DNA of 64,000 bases. Origin: Tubiluchus corallicola. Its lineage: Eukaryota; Animalia; Priapulida. Where the stretch lies: assembly GCA_030141605.1 (NCBI GenBank), contig JAQGDQ010000004.1:1364001-1428000 (forward strand), in the 5' to 3' direction. A program made the position numbers and the translations under genes. The notes below the pieces were generated by a model. It was not told the origin of the DNA. It searched no databases and was given only the letters and a program-made list of their open reading frames with translations. Shown here in pieces: positions 1 through 10,300 of this stretch (position 1 is the first letter of the stretch; each line of letters begins with the position of its first letter).

Positions 1-33
1 GTGAAAAGTTGTTACAGAACTATTACAACATAC

Positions 34-222
34 ATCAGCTTGATCCCAAGAACTGCCAGAGCTTTTCTTCTTCGCTGGAGTGTCATCTCCTCCACCAGCA
101 GCCACATCCCAACGACGTCGTTTTCTTTCTGTTGATTTCTGCTGTTGTGCAATGTTCTCTTTAGATGCGGAAGTGTCGCCACCTGATTTTGCCTTCTCCT
201 GAATCTTCTGCCGAAGCTCTGC
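34..222 (-). CDS. SF3B1: SF3B1 coding exon 6 (gene continues beyond the left edge)
   Basis: tcgtag|AELRQKIQEKAKSG...RKRRRWDV...TPAKKKSSGSSWDQAD|gtatgt; contains the ULM-type RRWD and SWD motifs. Confidence 0.93.
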
Positions 223-413
223 CTACGAATGATTAGCACTTGATTAATACAAAGCAAAAATGCTTCTGATCAAATACATAACAGAAACGATATAAAAAGG
301 TCACAAAAATTAATTAACCATTCTGAACTAATGTCACCCATAGGATATTTTTGCCTGCAGCAAAGCACAAGGCTTTAGAATGTCTGACACTGGGATAATG
401 AGAGACAGCTGTA

Positions 414-590
414 AAATGTGACAGATATAGCGTGGAAATTTAATGCCGGTGTTTCTGCAAATTTCATTAAAGTTACCTGAAGACAGGTAGAAGTCACCCG
501 TCAACAGAGGCGGTACGCTGGGCCTGCCATGTTTACTATTTCTCTGTATTAATGAAACCTTGTATCTTTTTTTGAAACAGAAAAAAATTG
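414..590 (-). ncRNA. Candidate intronic box H/ACA snoRNA in SF3B1 intron 5 (5' end uncertain)
   Basis: Hairpin 479-422 with pocket strands complementary to 18S AUAGCGU and AUUAAAGUU; ACA at 419-417, 15 nt below the upper stem; ANANNA motifs at 544-534. Confidence 0.55.
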
Positions 591-1203
591 TTGAATTTGC
601 ACACTGCTGTAGATCAAGCAAATACATTAAAAATAGACCAATTAGAGCTCAGTTAAAATAGATTAACCCTATTTAATGATGATGGTGGCAGGACAGAAAT
701 CTAGTTTATCAGCATGAAGAGCAATTCACATTTGCCACGACTAAATGAGAATGGATCCTCCCTAAATTGAAAGTAGACAATATGACAATTAAAACTGCCC
801 AAAAACTTTCCAGCCAGTCACTCGCATATTTGCTTGTGTTGATTTAGTGCAAACAATGAGACCAATGAACTATTCTCCTTCAATTAACTGATTGCAGTAT
901 CTATGGAAATGCCAGAACTTCTTAATTATTTTCCTACATTACAGCAAATGCTCACAGCTTGCAACCTGTCTGCTGTTATCTTAATCCAAAATGCGTCTGC
1001 AGAAAAATCCTATCACCTTTTTATGGGCAAAATGTAAAATAAAATGCCCACATGTGCCTCAACGCTTTACAGAGAAAGTGACCAAAAATGACGCTAATTT
1101 CATTTACTTTTCACAGTCTAATAAACTGTACAAAAGTCATACAAAATCACGCAAAGTGGTAATAAATAGATTAGTTGCAGGCAAAAAATACAGGATACAT
1201 TAC

Positions 1204-1280
1204 CTCCTCTTTGGAGAGGAACTGCCGAGCCATGGCTTCAGCGAAAGCACTTCGCTGAGGTATATCAGGTGTTTTTCCTC
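1204..1280 (-). CDS. SF3B1: SF3B1 coding exon 5
   Basis: ttgcag|GGKTPDIPQRSAFAEAMARQFLSKEE|gtaatg; matches GGKTPD...LTKEE. Confidence 0.93.
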
Positions 1281-2528
1281 CTGCAACAGAAAGCAAAATG
1301 TCACGACACAAGTCGTGACAATGAGTACGTTTTAGTGTATGAAAGATTTCCACTATAGCACAAAAATGTAAAATAACAAACCAAAGCAGCAAATGTGATA
1401 ATGGATGTGGAAGCATAATTTCGAACAACCCAACTTTTCACATTTTTTTGTGACAACAGAAACAATAAAGCATTGGTAATGGTAATGGTACCATATAATA
1501 AATGTAAAAGCACAAAGTAAATGACAGACCTCAATCACACTTGCTCCTTCAGATGATAATTCAAAAAAAAACTGGAGTACTTGTCACACAAAATAATACT
1601 GACTGCCACTAGCAAGTCAAAACACTCAAGATTCTTAAGAAATTCACAAATGAATTCACGTAAGAAGCAGAAAAATGGATCCAATGTGACAAATACTTAT
1701 TTAGCAACAAGGTTGGTTCATTCTGGAATGCAAACTCATGACTATCAGGGATGGGAGCTTGAACAAATAAGATCAACAGTAAAATTACCAAGCTGATATT
1801 ACTACTCAAAAAGTATTAGTTGTATTTGTATGTACCAACAATTTGATAGAAAGAATGAGCTAAACACATAAAAAGCACACTCATTTCTACACAAAATTGT
1901 ATAGCTAGACTAGTATTATCAATTGCCAATAGTTCGTTTAGCTCTTATAGACCTGCATATGCATAATTTCTGCATATGGATAACAACCTGACTACAGAGC
2001 AAGAAGAAATGAAAATTTAAATAAAGCATTTAAGTCTACAACAACATGGCAATTACTGTAGACAGTTACAACAACTACAAATGTATCAACCGCCCATCCT
2101 TAATGCCAACATAAAAAATACAAAAACAATAACAGCAGAATGAACATACATTGTTGCCTTGTTTGTATGCAAATACGTACGCAAATATTCCCAAGTTAGG
2201 AATCCTCTGTACAAGCAGTACAAGTCTTGTGATCACAACTGATTAATCTTCTCTGGAAGTAAGCACTAAAATGATTAAAAGTACAACATTTGCCCCCACC
2301 CCGTAAACTCTTTTAATTTTAAAAAAGAAATATTGCTTCGAGTTCTAGTGTACATGGCAACTATACTTTGAATATCCGTAATGTCTGCACAAATGTGCAT
2401 AGTTAAATTTTAAGCGTAAGAAAGACTTTAAAGAATCAAAAATTTTCAATATGCAAATAATTCTACAGCTTTACAGTTTTGCTGACAAGTTTACAGTTTT
2501 GTAGACAGTTTTACAGTTTTTATATAAC

Positions 2529-2577
2529 CATTTTCATGGCATTCCTCGTGTCACATCTCTCAAGTCGACTGGATCTG
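2529..2577 (-). other. Candidate 49-nt poison (PTC) cassette exon in SF3B1 intron 4
   Basis: Branch point TACTAAT (2607-2601), pyrimidine tract cttttctttcccccc, TAGCAG acceptor, ATG|gttata donor; in frame it reads ADPVDLRDVTRGMP-stop. Confidence 0.6.
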
Positions 2578-3436
2578 CTAGGGGGGAAAGAAAAGTGGCT
2601 ATTAGTATTCGGAATTGAAATAATTTAAATAAGTTTCTAAATAAAACACTATAGCATAGCACAAATGTTTTTGAGATGTTAGAGTGCATATAACACAAAT
2701 TTAAGGTTTAAAAATCAATACCGAAAACAACAATATTATTATGATATAAATAGAGATGAAATTATCTGACAGACACTCTGCTATCTCAAAAACAAGAAAA
2801 ATATAAATGTTAAAAATTTTGCAATAACAAACAGTACTAGGAATACAGCCTTGTATAGAAATCGTAAAAAATACAACCCAACAGCCAAAACTTTGTAACT
2901 TAACCGATAAATGTACTCATTACAATAAATAGGACTAAATGAAATATTGTTCTTATCACCAAACACAGAGCTAAAACTAAAATGATGGCAAATTTGTTTA
3001 TTTCTGTTTTGGCAAAATTTTCATTAGATTCCCATGTAGTGAAAATGGGAGCTGCATAAAATTTACGAACAAAAATGTAAATTCTTCACATTACTTGTTG
3101 CGTTATTTTGTCAGAAGCGTACAGAATAGTATTTTGTCAGAATAGTAACAACGTACATTGTCCAACTGCAGAAACAAAGTAATTGTTACATCACTTATGG
3201 CTTCCTACTGCAATTGCATAAAATTTCCTTCAAAAACGAAATTCTAATAATAACTGTTCAACACAGTCATGTTCAGCAGCAAGTTTTAAAGGAATTCTTA
3301 GACAAACAAGATATAATACAGTGCGACAATGTGCATACTGAGTTTGCTTAATTATTACCGCACACTAAATAATGAAATTACATTATTCATGTCACAAACC
3401 AATAGCAATGTAAATTTATTTGAGTGTTGAACCTAC

Positions 3437-3554
3437 CGTCAGCAAAGTCATCCCGCCGAGGAGGTGATACTATCATCTTTAGTCTCCTCTTTCTGTATTC
3501 ATCTTCACGTTCAGTTATTTTTGGAACCCTGTGTTCAGCAAAAGGATCAAAATC
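3437..3554 (-). CDS. SF3B1: SF3B1 coding exon 4
   Basis: ttgtag|[40 protein letters not shown]|gtaggt; matches YDPFAEHRPPKIADREDEY...IISPER.DPFADG. Confidence 0.95.
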
Positions 3555-3855
3555 CTACAAGGGAAAGCAGAATGGTCACCACTGATCACATTTATTACAA
3601 TTAGCCAAAACTAAAAACTGTTTGATGTAAAAAAAAACACCAAGTCTAGTGAGTCTCAATTCTTAACAACAACCTTACGAAGCTGCCTTAACTATGCTTT
3701 TAAAAGCACACAAAAAAACATACATACAATATATATGAATTCTACATACTACACGAATCAACCAGAACTACAAATTTAAAAGTACTATGTCGTAGGCAAT
3801 TACACATTTAGGCAACTTTAAACAATGATATTTTTCCATTGTTTATTATAATTAC

Positions 3856-3951
3856 CGATTGCGGTTGTGGCAGCTCGTTCAGCAGTGCCACAGGTGCTGT
3901 GTAGTTGGATCTCTTCTGACCGACGATACCACTACCATAATCATCGTCATC
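3856..3951 (-). CDS. SF3B1: SF3B1 coding exon 3
   Basis: ttgtag|DDDDYGSGIVGQKRSNYTAPVALLNELPQPQS|gtaatt; 96 nt, phase 0-0. Confidence 0.93.
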
Positions 3952-5275
3952 CTACAAAAACATTAATTGCATAAATGTAAAATAAAAATCACTGCACATC
4001 CCATAGATTCAATTCCAAGTTTAAATTATTCAATTATCTGAAATTAAGCAATTTTACTGACAATCTGAGATGACTGAGGTAACTCAGAACAGGTAACAGG
4101 TGTTACACAGGAGCTAGTAAGTGAGTCAAGAAACTGCCCATTAAACTGATAAAAATGCATTATTTTATTAGCTTTTTGGTTACTTTCTGAACATTGCAGC
4201 CTCGATACTTGAAAAGTACTCTACCTATAAAAGCAAAATTACAAGTGTTAAAAATGTATTAATTTTCAAGGAAGCATGTGAAAGCATGTTGAGAAAGCAA
4301 TAATAAAGTCAAGAGCACATTTTACCTGATTCACAAAAAAAATTAAAAAATTGATGTTGTTCATTGCAAACCAAGGCGAAAAACCAACATGAAAAAAATT
4401 AGCTATACCATGCATAATGGTGCCAAATAAGTAATGCAACAAAACAGCATGAAAGATTAAAACTTAGCACTTGCACTGAAATGCTTAATATGCTGCATGT
4501 GTATGGCCGGTGTACCTTGAGACTGAGTCTCATCGAGAAGGCAATTGAGCGAGATGTAAATAAGGTCGCCAATAAAAATACTTCTGTTTCTGTCTAATCA
4601 CCTGGGTAATATTTTTTTATCGCACACCCGACCAGTGGGAAACAAACATTGATTTCAGCTGATTTTAAATATTCCACAATTCAGCTTTAAACATTCACAA
4701 AGCTTTAAAAGAAATTTTTCTCCCTCCTTACTGACACCTTTTGAGCTCATGAGGTGAGACAAAAGCAATTTTTTGTGGCCAGCCTAATACCAACATGCTA
4801 TTATTTAAACATTTCAAAATTCTTGCCATAAGTTTTAAATATTTCAATTTTACGTTTTCTTATAAATTCAACAATTTTTATCGGGATCGGCTCAATAGTT
4901 TTCCTAACTGCTCAATAACTTAATGGAAAGCCAATCAGAACCAAACTGTTCGTTCATCGATCGGCTTGGCCTATCACGATAGTTTTTTATATTAAGTGTT
5001 ACATTATTGCATCTGTATTTATAATGGGCTATGCCAAAAATTAGGTAACCAAACGGCGGGTTAAAGAAGGCAAATGCCACGAGAATGGAGCTGGGGAATG
5101 TAAGTAAAAATGGCATAAATGGAAAAGTAGGTAAAAATGGCACCGGTAAAACTGGCACAGGAAAAAATGGCACAAACTGAAATCAGGTAAAAATATCACA
5201 GGAAAAAATGGCACATAGAGTAAAATGTGAGTTTAGGGTTAAGGTTACAATAGGGATAATTATTTAATTATTTTT

Positions 5276-7013
5276 ACGTCTGCCAAGGAAGTTATGCTTC
5301 AATGCAGTTTGTTGGCTTGGTTGGTTGTTTTTGTCTGCTACAGCAGTAAGCAAAAACTACCTAACAGATTCAGGGATGGCCAATCACAGAAAATCCCAAT
5401 CCCAATTATCTCTACCTGATCTACCTGTCTACCTGATCCGACCGTTTCCGATCATGCCCGATTACCAATTACTCCCCATCCCGATCCTTTTATAAGTTAT
5501 TATAGCATGATGATACTACATGTCCTGCTTAAAACTACAGTTTCATTTGTTGCAGCTTGATTTTAAGTTTATAACGTTTCAGTTTGGCAGTCATGTGTTT
5601 GTTCTCAGTTTAATTTGTCACTAGAAGTTCTTCAGTTAACTTTAAGTTAATTTAACTAGATAAGTAGCTGATTACTAACTACGTGTTTTTGTCACCCTTC
5701 CTCAGTTTCTCTATATTCTTTATTGTCTTGATATTTACTGTGTATAATTGAAGGTGACAAATAAACTAAATTAATATGAATATAGGATATGCTGGTATTC
5801 TATTAAATGTATACTACCACTTTCTTTCTAAAAATGTGACTATATATATAATTCTTTCTATAAAAAAATTATATGTGACTTATAAACTAAACTATGCTGT
5901 GTGCGAATTGGCAGGTACGTGATAACTAGTTTTTTCCAAGTTTCCTGTTAACTAAATTAACAAATCACAAAAAGATCAGTTATCATAATTCATTTTTAAA
6001 TAGTTCATCGAAAGTCTTTTCCGTCTGATTTAATTAAATATGGTCTGTAAACATTATTATAGGTATGGTTATGATGACCAAAATGTACGACGTAGTAGTT
6101 AACTTTTATTACACAACCAGTCGCTATGGTCTATGCATCCGATGTAAACACTAAATCTTTCGTGTCATACAAATAAGAAATTTGCTTTGCTATTACAATA
6201 GAAAACGGAAAATTTTGATTAAAAAAAAACTTAAAGGCAATTCAGGAACAAAAACTAAAAGCAAAATTTAGCATTAGGTGTATTAAATCTACTTTTTGAA
6301 CAAGGTTGGTCATTTAAGTGTGTTTCGCTTTTTTTACATTTCCCGATCCCGATTTTAGACAATTGGGAAGTACCTATGATCGACTGTATGATCGGGATCG
6401 GCCATCCCCGAACAGATTTCCATGGAACATTGTGGAGAAGGCGAGTACAGGGTACCAAAATGTGTATTATTTCTCCGTTTTTTTCCTGCAAGACTCGACC
6501 GAATGCCACATACAAAAAACATTTGTGAAGCACTTCATGGAGGTCTCAGTAGGAGTGTTCAGGACCTTTTTTATTGTCTCCACCAGGAAAAAACTACTAT
6601 GAGGTAGTTTCAAGTTCCATTTCAAGAAATTCTTGCTTAGAAATCTGTGTAAAGCTATTTACAACAGCCGCTTATTAATGTTTATAGCCTTATAAGCCGA
6701 CTTGTTATGTAAATACGTATAATATATGTCAGTCTATTACCATAACCAAAATTAATGGTAAAAGAAAGTAGAAAAACACTATGTGGAATATTTGTGCATT
6801 ACTGATTATAATTCTATTTAATGAACAAAATATTTTGTATAAGTTTTATATATTCTATAGACTGGACAATGTTTTGCTAGTCTATAAATAAATACCACTA
6901 CAGGTACTTTTTTGTATGTTTGTTTTACGTTTTTTTAATCAAAAGAATAGGACAAATAAGTTTAGGACTGTTCGGCTTTGGCAGAGATCTGCTTCCTACT
7001 GCGTGCACCCAGT
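5276..7013 (+). mobile_element. Non-autonomous Helentron (HINE/DINE-1-like) element
   Basis: 5' tacgtctgccaagg-agttatg, short gttg/gtct repeats, 3' subterminal inverted copy ctttggcagag followed by a short hairpin and a CCAGT end; flanked by T-rich sequence. Confidence 0.65.
5391..6410. mobile_element. hAT-like MITE inserted in the HINE
   Basis: TIRs cagggatggccaatc / gatcggccatccccg; perfect 8-bp TSD aacagatt at 5383-5390 and 6411-6418; subterminal ccgat repeats. Confidence 0.85.
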
Positions 7014-7570
7014 TTTAGTATAGAAATATATTGCATGAAAATAACACACGTGTCACTTTTTTCCCATTTTTCCATTTGAGCCACTTTTCCTTGTGCTGTT
7101 TTTACCTACTTTTCCAAATGTGCCATTTTTACCGTCTTTTCCACACGTGCCATTTTTTTCCTGTGCCAAGCACCGGGTTAGGGTTTATTAATTTTGAAAT
7201 TTTGAGGCCTGCACGAAAAATCAATATAAGGTCTTACTGCCTGCTTTAAGTAATGCTTCAATAGGACTAAATTATTTATCATTCTGAGCATAGAGAAAGA
7301 TCTCAGTCTTAACTGCCAATAACGTAATTATTTATATACAGCAACTGTATATAAATCATTGCAAATTAACAAAATTGAAAATTCCAATATTCTTTAGCAG
7401 CCTTTTTTAGCAGATGCTGTGTGTGTATTGATGACTATGCAAAAACAAGCCTCCAAGGCTTCCAAGCACATAGCAAAATTTAATTTTCTCAAAATTATAT
7501 ATGTGTAATTAAAGTAGTCATTTTTCATAGCCCATTTACAACATTTACACATACAAAGATATATATATAT

Positions 7571-8169
7571 GCACTTGCATAGCAAAATCGTCCATAAGTC
7601 GGCAATTTAGCTTTTCTAGTTATTCACATCTCCGGACTCTCCATTTCACGAGGAACCTTTTAATACCAATATCATCACGCTATGTTATTTCTAAACTGAA
7701 AAAATTCACATTGAAGTTGAGGTACATGCTGCGCACTGAAAAATTTAACCTTGAGAAAATCGCTGTTAAAGTTAGCCAGTGTTTTTTAGCGCGTTTCTAC
7801 ATGACACTTATCAACCACACAAATGTTGGTTGCTACGTACTTTGCAAGAACACACATTACAGCCAATGGCTCTTTCTGGCATAGGTCTGGGCTTGCAAGC
7901 TCTTTCTGATGAAGAATAGACTTCCATGAGGTACTAGTTTCTAGACAGAGAAGTGACTATGCGATTATACCATTAGATTTTTAGTATTTTTTAAACATTT
8001 TCTTGACATTCGATGATAGAATATTAAAGTCCAATATATTTAGTATTTGTTTTTATGAAAAAAAACAAAAAAATTGACGTTTGACTAAATTTCTGGTGCA
8101 TTCGACTTTGAAACATCATAGCGTAGCGTTAACTATGTCGACTTATGGACGATTTTAGTTTGCAGGCAC
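7571..8169. mobile_element. MITE with terminal inverted repeats in SF3B1 intron 2
   Basis: Perfect 18-bp inverted repeat aaaatcgtccataagtcg (7584-7601) / cgacttatggacgatttt (8139-8156), extending imperfectly outward. Confidence 0.65.
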
Positions 8170-8189
8170 ACATATTGTGCGTATATAAC

Positions 8190-8380
8190 CTCCTGCTCTT
8201 CTGTTGGTGCAATAGAAGTCACATAGCCTTCAAACTTTTTGTCTGATCCAGCGTATAGATCCAAATCATAATAACCAGTTGTTCCAAAGCCCACTCTTTC
8301 ATTCTCTGGACCATTGGCTTGTGGCTTGACGACAGGTCCAGCTTTCCTGGCTTGCAGTTCTCTTATTTGAGCTTCAATTT
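8190..8380 (-). CDS. SF3B1: SF3B1 coding exon 2
   Basis: tttcag|...EIEAQIRELQARK...GTTGYYDLDLYAGSDKKFEGYVTSIAPTEEQE|gttata; matches SF3B1 DIEAQIREIQ...STGYYDQEIYGGSD...GYVTSIA. Confidence 0.95.
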
Positions 8381-8851
8381 CTGAAATTCAATCAAACTAA
8401 AGTCACTCAAAGCTAAAGAGCCCAAAAGGATACTTTTAACATAGTTATAATTTTTAAAATCATGTTTCAAATTTAAAAATATTTTTTCCTTTCCATCCCT
8501 AAAATTGCCCATACTTTTTCCGGCCTTTTTCAATTCAATTCAATTGCCTTTGTAAAAGTTACTTTACTTTGTACAGATTTCCGTTAATTTTTTCGAAAAC
8601 CAAAGCACATCGAATCCGTAACACCGTAACCTCACTCGGTACTACTTGAATGCGGACGTCCCGTTCTTTGCAAAAGCACAGAAAATGATAACAAATTAAT
8701 CATATTATTTTATAATATAGAATAAAGAAAAACCTAGAGTTCGACTACATAAGAAAGCTATGTTGCGACCCGCTCTTCGTTACATAGTATTAAAACGAAA
8801 TAAAACGTTAATTTTGCCAATAAACACAGAATTATGAATGAAAAATCTTAC

Positions 8852-8873
8852 CTTCGTGCGTTGTAGCAGCCAT
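8852..8873 (-). CDS. SF3B1: SF3B1 coding exon 1 (MAATTHE)
   Basis: ATG at 8873-8871, ends GAAG|gtaag (phase 1); resembles the human start MAKIAKTHED and splices in frame to the next exon. Confidence 0.85.
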
Positions 8874-9867
8874 TTTGTCTCATAAGTGAAAAAGAAAACG
8901 CGATAACGCAAAAATATCGAAGCTGAGACTTTGTCCGGCTGTCATCTTCATCGGTGGAGTTGGCAAGTGGGTAATTAATTGCTCTCGACTACTATAGTGT
9001 TTTGTTAGACTTGTAGACTAAATCAGAGAAAATAATATCTGCTACGTGTTTATAACCGTTTATAACCATAAATTTAGTCTTTTTGTCATTCAAAACTATA
9101 CCCAACTTATCACTAAAACGCAACAGTGTTTTAAGTATGTCTCGAAGAGGCTATTATAACTATAACATCCACAAGCATCAAACAACATAACTTTCCTAAA
9201 AAGCCAACAAGTGGGCAATTTTTAAGGTCCCTAATTACTGTAGTAATTGGTGAATTTGCTTTATGTCGTAGAAAGAAAACAGCTAGTAGGAGACCTAGCC
9301 AAATGCCATACGTACACATATCACAGCTGTGCCAAGAATACGTTGTGTATACACACAACAGCTACTGCGCCTAATATTTGGAAAAACACATCCTAGACAT
9401 TTTAAACACAAAATCAATCTATTTCTAGCTATTTTACAACAGGCTTTATTAAAGTATTACAGTTTATGTTTTTTGTAAAGTGCCAACTCACCTAGAAGAC
9501 GTAATGTAAAGTTGCAATATGCTCTGCACAGCTGCTCATACCCGGTTTACACGATCCGACAAAGTAGGATTGTTGGAGGAAGTCGGATGAATCGTTTAGA
9601 GGATCAGACAAAGTCGTCCGACAAAATCGGATGGTGTCAGACAGGCTTTGTCAGATATCGTGTAAACAGGAAAATTTAATATCCGACTTGTCCGACGATG
9701 CCAGATGAAAGCCGGGAATTGTTCAAATTTTCATCCGACAATATTCCGACTTCTGGAACAGCAGCCAAAAGCAAAGCTTCTTGCATTCACGTGACATTTT
9801 ATAGACTTAGTTTCAATACAAATAACATATAGGAACAGACAATGCTGTGTAAAATGGACAACGAAAA

Positions 9868-10000
9868 CACGGAAATAGTCCACTATGGAAATAGAAATTC
9901 TAACAGACTCATATAGAAAGCAGGAATGCTTGTATAATAGAAAAAGTAAACAGTATAAAAACAGAGCTTGCCGCACACAAAGCATTGACAGACATATCTG
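9868..10000 (+). pseudogene. MADF/Myb-SANT DNA-binding gene remnant of the Harbinger element
   Basis: Reads RK*STMEIEILTDSYRKQECLYNRKSKQYKNRACR, like the MADF pattern WS..E...LI..Y....CLYN.....YKNR; the Trp codon has become TAG. Confidence 0.7.
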
Positions 10001-10090
10001 CCTTGCTGATGAGATCAGGTAAATACATTTTAATTGGACTAGACCTGTTTATTATGCTGTATTATTTTTGTTTACCCCTTATTAGTGAAA

Positions 10091-10300
10091 TTACTGTGAA
10101 ATACTTTCTCTCATATTTGTATCCATTCTGGATATGAGGAAAGCAACTAACTGTAATAGTTCAGCAAATGTCTCGGAAGCCATTCTAAGAAAGTTTCTAT
10201 AATTCTGTTGATCGTGCATATACAAATCATAGAGAAGACAGTGATAACATTGAGTGTTTTTTGTAACCATTCTCGCACCCACACTTGTCTCTTTACGTTT
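10091..10300 (-). pseudogene. Harbinger (HARBI1-like) transposase N-terminal remnant
   Basis: YHCLLYDL...DQQNYRNFLRMASETFAELLQLVAFLISRMDTNMRESIS, typical of the Harbinger transposase N-terminus; truncated before the DDE domain. Confidence 0.8.

Larger units (their letters stand above)
5083..7170. mobile_element. Composite non-autonomous element with inverted arrays of a ~15-bp GGTAAAAATGGCAC-type repeat at both ends
   Basis: aaaaatggcac repeats at 5100-5216 and their reverse complement gtgccattttt at 7050-7167; related copies at 31570-32560 and 55290-55935. Confidence 0.6.

Noticed and set aside
661-672. taaccct as a telomerase RNA template within the structured intron
   Set aside because: It lies on the strand opposite to SF3B1 and to the ACA hairpin; no CCCTAA, CCTAA or GCCTAA on the sense strand and no clear pseudoknot
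676-744. Plus-strand C/D-like arrangement (ATGATGA...GCAATTCACATT, antisense to 5.8S rRNA)
   Set aside because: Antisense to the host gene, no CTGA D box after the guide, and a 12-nt match to some rRNA is plausible by chance
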